From Macrostomum lignano (Eukaryota): a stretch of DNA of 64,000 nt. The notes below the pieces were generated by a model. The model did no database searches. It saw nothing but the letters and a program-made list of their open reading frames with translations, and was not told the DNA's origin. Positions 48,451 through 61,187 of the stretch are shown here, in pieces (position 1 is the first letter of the stretch; each line of letters opens with the position of its first letter). Location of the stretch: positions 62,001-126,000 of the forward strand of contig NIVC01002094.1 in the NCBI GenBank assembly GCA_002269645.1, given 5' to 3'. Position numbers and translations under genes: made by a program.

Positions 48451-49476
48451 TCAAGGTGAAGAATGTCCATCAGGCGAGGATGCCTCAGCGCCACTGAACA
48501 GGTGCGACTGAGGCGTCACGTTGGTAGCGGCGGCGGCGGAGCCGCTCAAGCCGGCCAGCCGGTAGAGATCGAACCCCGGCACGCTGCGACCCTCTTGCAG
48601 CGGTTTCACATAGCGCCTCCGAGCGTTGATAAACCAGTTGTTCACGGTGGTCTTGGTCAGCTGGGTGTCCCTGGCCAAGGACTCTTTCTGCTCCTCGGAC
48701 GGGTAGGGCTGGTGCAGGTTGGTTGCCAGCCAGTGGAACAAAGTCCGCCGAGCGCTGTAGGGCAGGTTGGGTCGGGAGCCTCGCTTTGCCGAGCACCAGT
48801 CCAGCTGCTGCTGCTGCTGTTGTCCTTGACTTTGACGCCGTCCATCGCAGGACAAGTCGGTTGCTGTCACCGCTGTCTCGTCGTTCTCCTCATCTAATTC
48901 GGCGATGTCGGTTGATGCCGGTGCGCTGCTGTCGCCTGCGGCTGACCACCTCAACGGCGTTGAAAACAGCGACTGTGACACCGCGGCTGAGGTCTGCTGC
49001 TGCATCGGCATCGGAGGAGGCGGCGGCGGTAGAGCCGACATGAACAGGGACTGCATCTGACGGTGGTGAAGGTGCTGTTGATGTTGCTGATGCTGCTGCT
49101 GACTCGAGCTGGCCTGCAGAGCGGCCAAGGACTGCTGCAGAGCCATCGAGGCGAATATCGACTGGAAACTGCTGAGTGGGGGCGGCGGCGGCTGCGGCGC
49201 TGGCGGTGGAGGCGGCGGCAGAGGCGGCAGCGAAGGCTGGTAGACAGACAGCTGCTGATGCTGGTGGTGCAGAGGCGAGATGACATCCTGCAGCCGTCTG
49301 ACTGAGGCGGAGGTGACGCCGGCGTTGCTGACGACGCTTGGAGCGGCGCGTTTCCGACGGGATTTCGACGGCGAGCCTGCAGAGACATCGCTGTGGCTCG
49401 GGACCGTCAGGGCCGGTCGCGAGGCCTCAGATTCCTTGGGCGTCTTCGGCTCCAGGACCTCGGATTGAGGCTGCAT
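48451..49476 (-). CDS. TALE-class homeodomain protein (divergent Meis/Pknox/TGIF-like); either starts at ATG 49476 or is a terminal exon from the acceptor at 49472-49471
   Basis: RPNLPYSARRTLFHWLATNLHQPYPSEEQKESLARDTQLTKTTVNNWFINARRRYVKPL, with PYP and WFINARRR, preceded by Q/P/S-rich low-complexity sequence. Confidence 0.9.
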   Translation of the reverse strand: MQPQSEVLEPKTPKESEASRPALTVPSHSDVSAGSPSKSRRKRAAPSVVSNAGVTSASVRRLQDVISPLHHQHQQLSVYQPSLPPLPPPPPPAPQPPPPPLSSFQSIFASMALQQSLAALQASSSQQQHQQHQQHLHHRQMQSLFMSALPPPPPPMPMQQQTSAAVSQSLFSTPLRWSAAGDSSAPASTDIAELDEENDETAVTATDLSCDGRRQSQGQQQQQQLDWCSAKRGSRPNLPYSARRTLFHWLATNLHQPYPSEEQKESLARDTQLTKTTVNNWFINARRRYVKPLQEGRSVPGFDLYRLAGLSGSAAAATNVTPQSHLFSGAEASSPDGHSSP

Positions 49477-49599
49477 TGCATTGGGTATGCGCGGCTGGAT
49501 ATAGCAGGTTTAAGGGGGGTACCAGATTGGGTAGGGGAGAGAGGGAGAAAATAAGACAAGAGAGTGTGAGGTTAGATGAGAGTAGATGAGGGTAAGTGG

Positions 49600-50045
49600 A
49601 GGAAAGAAGAAGGTAGAAGAGGGTGAAAAAGAGTAGAGGAGGGCAAAAGAGGTTAAATGAGGATAGAGGAGTGTAGGGGAGTGTAGAGGAGTGTAGAGGA
49701 GTGTAGAGGAGGGTAGAGGAGTGTAGAGGAGGGTAGTGGAGGGTAGTGGAGGATAGAGGAGGGTAGAGGAGTGTAGAGGAGTGTAGAGGAGTGTAGAGGA
49801 GGGTAGTGGAGGGTAGAGGGAGGGTAAAGGAGGGTAGTGGAGGATAGAGGAGGGTAGAGGAGTGTAGAGGAGTGTAGAGGAGGGTAGTGGAGGGTAAAGG
49901 GAGGGTAAAGGAGGGTAGTGGAGGATAGAGGAGGGTAGAGGAAGGTAGAGGAGTGTAGAGGAGAGTAGATAAGAGTAGAGGGGGTAGAGGAGGGTAGAGG
50001 AGAGTAGTGGAGGGTAGAGGAGTGTAGAAGAAGGTAGAGGAGAGA
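49600..50045. repeat. Purine-rich (GTAGAGGAGG/GT)-type repeat
   Basis: Read directly. Confidence 0.85.
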
Positions 50046-51044
50046 GTAAATGGCCGAAAAATGAGAGTCCACCTGGCCAAAAAGCACACTAGACAATTAT
50101 GATGAAGCCGCACGCGACAAGAACGGGAGCGCCAATGTTCGCAGGACAACAAACAGTTGCAAGCATCTCTCGCCCTGCCTGACTGTCACTCAGCTTGGGA
50201 CCACCCGCTGCGAGCACAGGAGTGAAATCCAGTGATAAGGAGAATGGAAGAGACTTGAGGGTGTCACTTCACTGCTTTCTAAGTAGACCTATACAATGCA
50301 AGGCATGCAAGATGAGGGAGCAATGGATACCAGGTGACATTTTCCATTTAGAAAGGTAAGGTAACAGTTGGTCCTGTCAAGTTAGAACTGATCCCATATC
50401 TGGGCAGGCAAATCTGAACACAAATGGGAAGTGTGAGCGAGTTGCGCAAGCTAGTTGAGATACAGTAGCGGATAAAATATCCAGCCTATTGTGTGTCAAA
50501 GATTTTGTGAGGAGATTTTTCAAGCCCCCCGTCATTACACTACGACAGCAATTGTGTCAACACTGACCCAACTGGCCACTTTACTGGCGTGCTTGGGGAA
50601 GATTCCCCTACCTGATAATCTCGCTCGCTTTTGCGGTCCTTATTACCTTTCGGCCGAAATTTGCAGAAAGAAAAACAGTGATGGATACTTGGGTAGGGAA
50701 GAAATCTTGATTTGCTAGGCTGGGAGTCCCTTAAGAAACGCGCGTTGCTTTTAATGAACAAAGGGACTGCTTTGTAGATGGATAGGTAGATACAAAACAA
50801 CAGGGGCTGGTTAGGACAGCTATAGGACAGTTATATTGGGTGGACAGCCACTCTTAAATTCTCAAGTGTCAATCAAAAACCGTCTTTTACAGTAAATATG
50901 TAAAGTGTTTGATCAACATCAAATAATATGAGGAACTAAATTCAAGCTATTGTTAGAGATAAAATGTCATCATTATTTATACTTGTAACCAATTTCCCAC
51001 CTCTTCTGCGCGTTTTGGAGACTCCCAGGCCTGAGAAGGGTAGA

Positions 51045-51560
51045 ATAGAGGGTAGAACCGAGGGTAGAACCGAGGGTAGAACACAGGGTAGAACACAGGG
51101 TAGAACACAGGGTAGAACACAGGGTAGAACAGAGGGTAGAACGCAGGGTAGAACACAGGGTAGAACATAGGGTAGAACACATGGTAGAACACAGGGTAGA
51201 ACACAGGGTAGAACATCAGAACATAGGGTAGAACACAGGGTAGAACACATGGTAGAACAGAGGGTAGAACGCAGGGTAGAACACAGGGTAGAACACAGGG
51301 TAGAACATCAGAACATAGGGTAGAACACAGGGTAGAACACAGGGTAGAACAGAGGGTAGAACAGAGGGTGAAACAGAGGGTAGAACAGAAAATGGAACAC
51401 AGGTTAGAGCAGAGGGTAGAACAGAGGGTAGAACAGAGGGTAGAACAGAGGGTGAAACAGAGGGTAGAACAGAAAATGGAACACAGGGTAGAGCAGAGGG
51501 TAGAACAGAGGGTAGAACAGAGGGTGAAACAGAGGGTAGAACAGAAAATAGAACACAGGG
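51045..51560. repeat. 12-bp minisatellite (GGGTAGAACACA)n
   Basis: Read directly. Confidence 0.92.
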
Positions 51561-52309
51561 TAAAATACACACGTAGAAAAGAGACTTAGAAGAGAAAGCA
51601 ATAGTTTGAAACCAGCCCAGCGAATTGCCAACGGAATTTGCCAACCACATGGGCTGACAGACAGACTTTCGGTTTGAAATTTTGACAGGCACCTCCCCAA
51701 TGCCAACAGGACTATCAGGGCTGAAGCGAAATGAAGTAACGAAAGCCGCATGCAGTTTCCCACGCTTCGGTCATGCCGGGAGACAGACTCTTCCCTTCCT
51801 GACATCCGGGCTGACAGTTGCCTGCCCGTCTGAGGCCAGACAGACCACCATAGGCAGTAATGCTCTTCAAGCAATTAGAAATTATACAAACCAGACAAAA
51901 TAATTAGCGATGAAGAGAGAGAGAGCAGGGTTTTTTGCTTGCAGTTTCACACGCTCAGCTGTGCCAGAGTCAGGGGAGGGCGAATCCAAACTGGAGAGAG
52001 AGATGGACGAAGAAATTTGACTCTGTGCGCAGGCCCGATTCAGATAGGGGGGGGGGGGTTCCGTTTAAGTTCACAAAAGCAACTTCCTTCCTTCCTTCCC
52101 TCCTTAGCTGTTTGGGGTCTAAGGGACCTATATTTTTTAATTTTTAACGATTGCTAAATAGTGTCCGTATTTCTATAACCAATGGGCCGCCAGCGGCTGC
52201 GATAATTGTTTGAATAATTAATTAATTACGAGTATGTCAGCTCTCGTGCGCATATCTTGAATTCAACGATCCTCTTGAATTCTCTTTGGTCTTCTCTGTC
52301 ACTCTCCGC

Positions 52310-52530
52310 CTGTCACTCTCAATATGTCACTCTCACTCTGTGACTCTCACTCTGTCACTCTCACTCTGTCACTCTCATTCTGTGACTCTCACTCTGTGAC
52401 TCTCACTCTGTGACTCTCACTCTGTCACTCTCACTCTGTCACTCTCACTCTGTCACTCTCACTCTGTCACTCTCACTCTGTCACTCTCACTCTGTCACTC
52501 TCAATCCCTGTCACTCTAATTTGTCACTCA
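52310..52530. repeat. 14-bp minisatellite (CTGTCACTCTCACT)n
   Basis: Read directly. Confidence 0.9.
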
Positions 52531-53199
52531 TTCTACTACCCTCCACCCCATTCCCTCCCAATGGCTGTAATTAACGAGATCATTTAAACCAGGCCAAGAG
52601 CAATAAAAGCCAATCTTTTGTATCCAGCGAGAGAGCCGCCTAGCAACCTAGCAACTGGGACTTCTCGGCGAATGCGCACGGGGGGGGAGACAATTAAAGC
52701 GGCAGAGGCTGAAGCGGTCAGGACCCTGAGACGGATGACTCACTCCAGGAAAAGCAGCAAGAAGAGTAACTCGGCGCCCCTGACTTCGAGTTTCCATCTC
52801 CCGCTCACAGGGTTAAACTGTAGCAAAGAGCAAACGACAAGCAACCCCGGTTTTTCTGCAACAACAGCAAAGCAAAATAGAAAAATAAAAGAAAACCATG
52901 AGCCTAGTCTGTCCATTATGAGACAGACTTCACGCTGCAGAGCAAAATCAAGGCTCTTAGCAATTCCAAGTTGGATTCGTGGAAAAGAAAAATTAGTTAC
53001 GCCGATGCAGTGTGCTATATGGCAGCTCTGGTGATTTAGTAGCGACTTTGCCACCAGTTCTGCCATGTGTGAGACAGGGAGCGTTGTGCAGCTTTATTGC
53101 TCAATCATGACTGCGATTGTGCGCGCTGAAGGGTCGCTAATGGGTTGAGGCTCGGGTTTGCAGGGATAAGGGACAGATAATAGAAGTGAATGGTAGACA

Positions 53200-53965
53200 G
53201 TGGAGATGAGGGAGATACGGTAGACATGAAGGGAGATACGGTAGAGATAAAGGGAGATACGGTAGACATGAAGGGAGATATGGTAGACATGAAGGGAGAT
53301 ACGGTAGACAGGAAGGGAGATACGGTAGACATGAAGGGAGATACGGTAGACATGAAGGGAGATACGGTAGACATGAAGGGAGATACGGTAGAGATGAAGG
53401 GAGATACAGTAGAGATGAAGGGAGATACGGTAGACATGAAGGGAGATCCGGTAGAGATGAAGGGAGATACAGTAGAGATGAAGGGAGATACGGTAGACAT
53501 GAAGGGAGATACGGTAGACATGAAGGGAGATACGGTAGACATGACGGGAGATACGGTAGACATGAAGGGAGATACGGTAGACATGACGGGAGATACGGTA
53601 GACATGAAGGGAGATACGGTAGACAGGAAGGGAGATACGGTAGACATGACGGGAGATACGGTAGACATGAAGGGAGATACGGTAGACATGAAGGGAGATC
53701 CGGTAGAGATGAAGGGAGATACGGTAGAGATGAAGGGAGATACGGTAGACATGACGGGAGATACGGTAGACATGAAGGGAGATACGGTAGACATGACGGG
53801 AGATACGGTAGACATGAAGGGAGATACGGTAGACAGGAAGGGAGATACGGTAGACATGACGGGAGATACGGTAGACATGAAGGGAGATACGGTAGACATG
53901 AAGGGAGATACGGTAGAGATGAAGAGAGATACGGTAGAGATGAAGAGAGATACGGTAGAGATGAA
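53200..53965. repeat. 21-bp minisatellite (GAAGGGAGATACGGTAGACAT)n, directly after the zinc-finger exon donor
   Basis: Read directly. Confidence 0.96.
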
Positions 53966-53979
53966 GACCAGCAACCAAC

Positions 53980-54504
53980 CTCATTGGCGGCTCCGTGAGT
54001 TGCAGCAGTCTGCTGCAGGTTGCGCAGCCCGTGAAACTCCAGGTGCTGTCGCAGGTCGCTGCCGCTCTCGGCCTTGAAGTCGCAGAACAGGCAGCTGCTG
54101 GCCGCATCGCAGAGAGCCGAGTTCTCCGGCGTGATTGACAGCTCAGATCCCGCAGTGGCTCTCAGGTGGCCGCGGAACACGGTCTCAAAATCCACCAACT
54201 GCTCAGACTGGTGTTCCAACTGGTGGTGCTCCATGAGGAAGTGGCACGAGTTGCTCACCTTTGAGCACAGGCGACAGCGGTAGAGAACGAACAGGCTGTT
54301 TGAGCTTGCTTTATCAGGGCAGGAGTCTGGAGCCTCGGCCGGAGGTGAACGAGATTCTTCATCGCCGCTGCCCCAGCTGGCGGTTGAGTCGTGCTTAGAA
54401 GCGTAGTGACCTTCGAGCAGGTCCAGATGATGGCTGACGAACGGGCACAGGGGGCAGCTCAGCACCAGCACGTCCGAAGGGGATATTTGAGGAAAAATTC
54501 CCAT
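53980..54504 (-). CDS. Exon encoding three widely spaced C2H2-type zinc fingers; downstream exons unresolved
   Basis: CPLCPFVSHHLDLLEGHYASKH, CRLCSKVSNSCHFLMEHHQLEH, CLFCDFKAESGSDLRQHLEFH. Probable donor GAG|GTTGGT (GT 53979-53978, phase 0) just before the satellite. Confidence 0.75.
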
Positions 54505-54814
54505 AACTATAGGCCTTGATGCGCGAAAGTCTTAACTGATCGCAAATTCTATGCCGGGAAGTGAAGTAGTTGAAGGTTTTTGTGGAAGTCGAGAAGGACC
54601 TTGGCCAGGGGACGGGCGGATGGGAGGCGAGGGAGCCAATGAGGTGAGCCCAGCTGATTGGGCCAGTGGTGTCCATGGGGTGGTGGCCCTTGCGCAGCAG
54701 TTTACTAATCGTCTGCTTGACAATTCTAGCAAAATAGAAGAGACAAACCGTTTTAGGAAAATCGCAATACCTATCAATCAAAAAGAGTGATAAAAAATCA
54801 AATGTGCTTCCATT

Positions 54815-55340
54815 CTACCCTGGAAACCCCACGGCCACGGAATCCACCCCCATTCTACTCTGAAAACTCCACGGAATCCGCCCCTCATTCTATCCTGGAA
54901 ACCCTACAAAATCCGCCCCATTCTACTCTGAAGAACCCACAAAATCCGCCCCATTCTACTCTGGAGACCCTACAAAATCCGCCCCCATTCTACACTGGAA
55001 ACCCCACGGAATCCGCCCCCTTCCATTCTACCCTGGAAACCCCACGGAATCCGCCCCCTTCCATTCTACCCTGGAAACCCCGCGGAATCCGCCCCCTTCC
55101 ATTCTACCCTGGAAACCCCACGGAATCCGCCCCCTTCCATTCTACCCTGGAAACCCCACGGATTACGCCCCCTTCCATTCTACCCTGAAAACCCCACGGA
55201 ATCCGCCCCCTTCCATTCTACCCTGGAAACCCCACGGATTCCGCCCCCTTCCATTCTACCCTGGAAACCCCACGGAATCCGCCCCCCTTCCATTCTACCC
55301 TGGAAATCCTACGGAATCCGCCCCCCCCCCCAACAAATTC
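54815..55340. repeat. ~38-bp C-rich minisatellite (CCCCTTCCATTCTACCCTGGAAACCCCACGGAATCCG)
   Basis: Read directly. Confidence 0.9.
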
Positions 55341-55531
55341 TACCCTTGGAAACATGCCAATCATGAAAAAGAAGCATCATGTCAATTATAACAGATATAA
55401 AGTAATACCATAGACATGCAAGCGTAAAGTAGATCAAAGGAAGAGTTAGGGTTAATAATAATACTAATTGATTACACCTGCCCTAATGGTCAGATGTGCA
55501 ACCGACAGCTCAGCCGCAGCAATTTCCCGCC

Positions 55532-55758
55532 GCATCTGAAGGCTGCGTACGGCTGTTCAGTCCAAGGAGTGGGGGGGGGTCGCCACACGATCACCCGCAA
55601 TTACCCCAGCTAATGCTGGCACCCATTTTACAGCTGGGTGAACTGAAGCAATGCAGAGTTAAGTGTCGTGCTCAGGGAGCACAAATTGTTCCGAGTGAGC
55701 CGAGAATCGAACCCCCGACCTTTCAATCATAAGTCCGACGCTCTAACTACTAGGCTAC
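55532..55758 (-). mobile_element. tRNA-derived SINE, near full length
   Basis: Minus strand GTAGCCTAGTAGTTAGAGCG (A-box) ... GGTTCGATTCTC (B-box), then TGAGCACGACACTTAACTC...TTCACCCAGCTGTAAAATGGGTGCC, a central motif resembling conserved metazoan SINE domains. Second copy at 5085-5254. Confidence 0.8.
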
Positions 55759-56779
55759 AAACTCTGGACTTTAATGTCAAAACATACAGAGTTAATTGAA
55801 ACATCTTTTCATTTCTTTATTGCCTCCCCCAACGGGGGCGCAGATTGCTAGTCCAATATACTAAAAATGGTTTGTCCGTATCTATGTGATTGATTTCAGA
55901 AAATTTTTATTGTTTAAAATCATCATTTCATTGAACTTTCCAGTCGCATAAATGCTGAACTCGTGTTCAATTTCCAATGAGACTTGAGTCAAGCGGTAAA
56001 GAATTTATTCCAGCTTTAAAAGCTATTTTTGGCCTGTGCTGCTCTGTCTGGGCCCCATTTTCAGGGTAGCCCCATTTCCAAACCTACGCTAATGGAAAAT
56101 GGGTGCGTAGGATTGCCTCCATTTTGTTCCAAGGTCTGTTTAACACCTGTCAGCTATAAGAAAGTCTTTGTCCAGAGGAAACTGGACAGGGAATTCGAAA
56201 ATCAAAGGACAAAATTCGCTAATATAGCGATATCCCTCTTAGTCATAACTTCAGACACAGATCGCACGCCACACCGCATTACGATGCGTCATGCGCCACC
56301 AAGACTTGGGTTTTTTTATAATTTGAAAATCTTAAAGCCAATAAAAAGCGAACCCAGTCTGCAGACTGTGTAGCCCTACGTGGGTGGCTGGCCCCGAGAC
56401 AGTCTGTCTGTGCAAAAAAGACAAAAAAAGATCAAAATTTTGATTTGAGGCGGGAGGGGGAGACGAGGTGCGAGCTGGTTAAACATTGCAAGTCATATTA
56501 TTCTTAATTTCATAAGTCTTGGACAATTTTTAATGATTGCGCCGTGTGCGCCACAGGCGGAGAGGGCTGTAAGAGAAGAGGGAGAGAGAGAGATCGTTAT
56601 AGTACTCGCAATAATAATAATAAATGAAAGGTGTGAATGCTGCCGCTCCGCAGAGGGCTCTTTGCGGGGACCCACCGCACAGCAGGGGGGCATGCAGCTC
56701 TTTTAGGTTAATTATTTGTTGTAAGGCCAGAGACTTCCCGATGTGCAGCACTTGGATTGGATGCTTGGAGTCTGCCTGC

Positions 56780-58350
56780 TGTGCTTGGCGCCACCTCCTG
56801 CCTGCCGTGTTTGGCGCCACCTCCTGCCTGCCGTGTTTGGCGCCACCTCCTGCCTGCCGTGTTTGGCGCCACCTTCTGCCTGCGTGTTTGGCGCCACCTC
56901 CTGCCTGCTGTGCTTGGCGCCACCTCCTGCCTGCCGTGTTTGGCGCCACCTCCTGCCTGCCGTGTTTGGCGCCACCTCCTGCCTGCCGTGTTTGGCGCCA
57001 CCTCCTGCCTGCCGTGTTTGGCGCCACCTCCTGCCTGCCGTGTTTGGCGCCACCTCCTGCCTGCCGTGTTTGGCGCCACCTCCTGCCTGCCGTGTTTGGC
57101 GCCACCTCCTGTCTGCCGTGTTTGGCGCCACCCTCTGTCTGCCGTGCTTGGCGCCACCTACTGTCTGCCGTGTTTGGCGCCACCTACTGTCTGCCGTGCT
57201 TGGCGCCACCTACTGTCTGCCGTGTTTGGCGCCACCTACTGTCTGCCGTGTTTGGCGCCACCTTCTGTCTGCTGTGTTTGGCGCAACCTTCTGTGTGCTG
57301 TGTTTGGCGCCACCTTCTGCCTGCCGTGTTTGGCGCCACCTCCTGCCTGCCGTGTTTGGCGCCACCTCCTGTCTGCTGTGCTTGGCGCCACCTCCTGCCT
57401 GCTGTGCTTGGCGCCACCTCCTGCCTGCCGTGTTTGGCGCCACCTACTGTCTGCCGTGTTTGGCGCCACCTACTGTCTGCCGTGTTTGGCGCCACCTTCT
57501 GTCTGCTGTGTTTGGTGCCACCTCCTGCCTGACGTGTTTGGCGCCACCTCCTGCCTGCCGTATTTGGCGCCACCTTCTGCCTGCCGTGTTTGGCGCCACC
57601 TCCTGCCTGCCGTGTTTGGCGCCACCCTCTGTCTGCCGTGTTTGGCGCCACCTTCTGCCTGCGTGTTTGGCGCTACCTTCTGTCTGTCGTGTTTGGCGCC
57701 ACCTTCTGTCTGCTGTGCTTGGCGCCACCTCCTGCCTGCTGTGCTTGGCGCCACCTCCTGCCTGCCGTGTTTGGCGCCACCTACTGTCTGCCGTGTTTGG
57801 CGCCACCTACTGTCTGCCGTGTTTGGCGCCACCTTCTGTCTGCTGTGTTTGGTGCCACCTCCTGCCTGACGTGTTTGGCGCCACCTCCTGCCTGCCGTAT
57901 TTGGCGCCACCTTCTGCCTGCCGTGTTTGGCGCCACCTCCTGCCTGCCGTGTTTGGCGCCACCCTCTGTCTGCCGTGTTTGGCGCCACCTTCTGCCTGCG
58001 TGTTTGGCGCTACCTTCTGTCTGTCGTGTTTGGCGCCACCTTCTGTCTGCCGTGTTTGGCGCCACCTCCTGCCTGCCGTGTTTGGCGCCACCTCCTGCCT
58101 GCCGTGTTTGGCGCCACCTCCTGTCTGCTGTGCTTGGCGCCACCTCCTGCCTGCTGTGCTTGGCGCCACCTCCTGCCTGCCGTGTTTGGCGCCACCTACT
58201 GTCTGCCGTGCTTGGCGCCACCTACTGTCTGCCGTGTTTGGCGCCACCTACTGTCTGCCGTGTTTGGCGCCACCTTCTGTCTGCTGTGTTTGGCGCAACC
58301 TTCTGTGTGCTGTGTTTGGCGCCACCTTCTGCCTGCCCGTGCTTGGCGCC
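56780..58350. repeat. 26-bp minisatellite (TTGGCGCCACCTCCTGCCTGCCGTGT)n, ~60 copies
   Basis: Read directly. Confidence 0.97.
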
Positions 58351-58924
58351 ACATTCTGCCTGTCATTTGAGTTTTATTCTTGGCGCCATCTGCAGCATCA
58401 TGCGGAAACAGCTTGATTTTACGACCGCCAGGCTCCGCAAGGATCGAACCAATGACCTCACTGACTGAGGTCTACATTAAAGAATTTACAATCAGAAAGG
58501 AAATTGAAACCATGGAACGGACAAAACTAGCCAATATTGCTTTGGCCCGCGAATTATTCAACTTGAAATGGTTACAGTTGCTCTGCTTGCAGCACAGAGC
58601 AGACGGACAGATGCTTGTTGCAGAATTTGGAAATGTAGCCAAAGTCAATGAAAGTCAATCTTGCAGGCCTCTGCCACTACAGAGCCATTGTACAAATCTA
58701 TTAATCACATGGGGTAACCCGTGCGGGCTATTTATTGTATCAAAATTTTTTTCTGGGTTCCCATGATTTCAACTGCCGCTGTTTGTAATTGAGGGCCATG
58801 AATAGTGGGGTGACTGCTTAGTGTGTACACTGCGGCCTCGGCCTCGCTAATAATGCTCATCTTTAATTAACTCCAACCTCGTTTCGGTGGTAAGAAGAGT
58901 GAAGCTTGAAAACTGTAAACTAAT

Positions 58925-59300
58925 TTAGAGGGAGAATCTCTCAGTTCAGGTGAGAATCTCACGGTAGACTCTCAGCTCAGGGGAAGAATCTCATGGTGGA
59001 CTCTCAGCTCAGGACGAGAATCTCATGTTGGACTCTCAGCTCAGGGTGAAAATCTCACGGTGGACTCTCTCAGTTCAGGGTGAGAATCTCACGGTGGACT
59101 CTCAGCTCAGGGTGAAAATCTCATGGTGGACTCTCAGCTCAGGGCGAGAATCTCATGGTGGACTCTCTCAGCTCAGGGTGAAAATCTCACGGTGGACTCT
59201 CTCAGCTCAGGGCGAGAATCTCATGGTGGACTCTCTCAGTTCAGGGTGAGAATCTCACGGCGGACTCTCAGTTCAAGTGAGAATCTCACGGTGGACTCTT
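58925..59300. repeat. ~32-34-bp minisatellite (GAGAATCTCACGGTGGACTCTCAGCTCAGGGT)
   Basis: Read directly. Confidence 0.88.
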
Positions 59301-59869
59301 AAGAATTGAATAATTTTGGAGAATTGGGAATATATATTCTCCATGATGCTAGGCATTGATAATAAAACCAAGACATAAGCGAGCATTTATTAGGAAAAGA
59401 AATTACACTCTCATTTAAAAAATCCCCACAGAAATTCTCTCCTAATTTTCCACAGCTGGTGTGAAGAGTCAAAGGCTGTCTCGCAGATAACAGCAAGAGA
59501 CAGACAGGCAGGCAGGCGACGCTAGCGCTTCAAGATCTACATGTATGAGCTGTGCCCGCTAAAATACCATTTGAGCTGACAGACACACGTCAGTCATCAA
59601 CTCGATAATGGTGGGGTGGGGGGAGCTGGGGGACCCCTGGAGCTGCATGGGGCAGCGAGCTGGCACTCTGGCCGCTTCCACCTCCTCAGACTCGAGAGAG
59701 ATTTATAGCCCCGTCGACTTTGGGCCACAACAGAAATCGAGTGCGGACTTCCTGCCCACCCCTCATGTCCCCTTCAGGCTGAGACATGGAGTTTTATAAA
59801 TAGTGTTTGGAGCTCGTCTAGCGATAAATGCTTAAACTCAAGGGTTCGAAATCTGTACTTTTGGCGTGT

Positions 59870-60300
59870 TGATGAGATCTTCAGTTGCTGAGCAAGCCTC
59901 CCTGATCCTCAGTTGCTGGGCCAGCCTCCCAGATCCTCAGTTGCTGAGCCAGCCTCCCAGATCTTCAGTTGCTGGGCCAGCCTCCGAGATCCTCAGTTGC
60001 TGGGCCAGCCTCCCAGATCTTCAGTTTATGGGCCACCAGTTTCCCAGATCCTCTGTTGCTGGGCCAGCCTCCCAGATCTTCAGTTGCTGGGCCAGCCTCC
60101 CAGATCCTCAGTTGCTGGGCCAGCCTCCCAGATCCTCAGTTTATGGGCCACCAGTTTCCCAGATCCTCAGTTTATGGGCCACCAGTTTCCCAGATCCTCA
60201 GTTGCTGGGCCACCAGTTTCCCAGATCCTCTGTTGCTGGGCCAGCCTCCCAGATCTTCAGTTGCTGGGCCAGCCTCCCAGATTCTCAGTTTATGGACCAG
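59870..60300. repeat. 28-bp family array 4 (same orientation as array 1)
   Basis: Read directly. Confidence 0.93.
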
Positions 60301-60714
60301 CTTCCACGAATGCCAGTCAAATCAAATTGGCCCGTTAGTGTCCAATCCAGACAGCTTTATCTAGACATCCTTGCCAGATTCCCATTCCGCTGGTTAAACG
60401 AACAGCCCGAATAAAAGCAGAGATTGAAGAGCGGCTCTGTTTGTGGAAATCTTTCCAACCTCTCTCGGTTGAAGGGGACACTTGGCGGGATTTGAGCGAC
60501 ATGGGCGAATTTCAGTTCCGATGGAATTTAGATTGGACATGGCCGAGACTTCTGTGATTGAAATTTCGGTGCTCAAGTTAAAACGATGATTGCACAGGAT
60601 GGTTGCTCTCAGGAAGTCATTGGCAGCACGGAGGGGGAGATAGGAAAGGTAGAAAGTGGGATGGGGAGAGGGGAGGCATGGGAGAGGAGATACAGGAAAA
60701 GTGAGAATGGGAAA

Positions 60715-61187
60715 GTAAGACAGGGGAGAGAAAGATGGGGGGAAGAGGAGACAGGAGGAAGGGAGACAGGAGAGAGGAGACAGGAGAGAGAAAGAGACAG
60801 GGGAGGGAGGGAGACAGGGCAGAGAGGGAGACAGGGCAGAGAGGGAGACAGAAGAGAGGGAGACAGGAGAGAGGGACACAGGGGAGAGAGGGACACAGGA
60901 GAGAGGGAGACAAGGGAGAGAGGGAGACAGGGGAGAGAGGGAGACAGGAGAGAGGGAGACAAGGGAGAGAGGGAGACAGGGGAGAGAAGGAGACAGGGCA
61001 GAGAGGGAGACAGGGGAGAGAGGGAGACAGGAGAGAGGGAGACAAGGGAGAGAGGGAGACAGGGGAGAGAGGGAGACAGGAGAGAGGGAGACAAGGGAGA
61101 GAAGGAGACAGGGGAGAGAAGGAGACAGGGCAGAGAGGGAGACAGGGGAGAGAGGGAGACAGGGGAGAGAGGGAGACAGGGGAGAGA
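60715..61187. repeat. Purine minisatellite (GGGAGACAGGGGAGAGA variants)
   Basis: Read directly. Confidence 0.9.

Noticed and set aside
56780-58350. Regular 24-50-bp repeats resembling CRISPR arrays
   Set aside because: No unique spacers, no cas genes, and a spliceosomal eukaryotic context; these are head-to-tail minisatellites.
56190-58560. Similar short segments (GGACAAAATTCGCTAATATAGC / GGACAAAACTAGCCAATATTGC) either side of the 26-bp array
   Set aside because: Only ~22 bp, imperfect and in direct orientation; not enough to define element ends.
60378-60557. Possible plus-strand exons between satellites (IPIPLVKRTARIKAEIEERL...; also 61232-61402)
   Set aside because: Short, no recognisable domain, and no consistent gene model.
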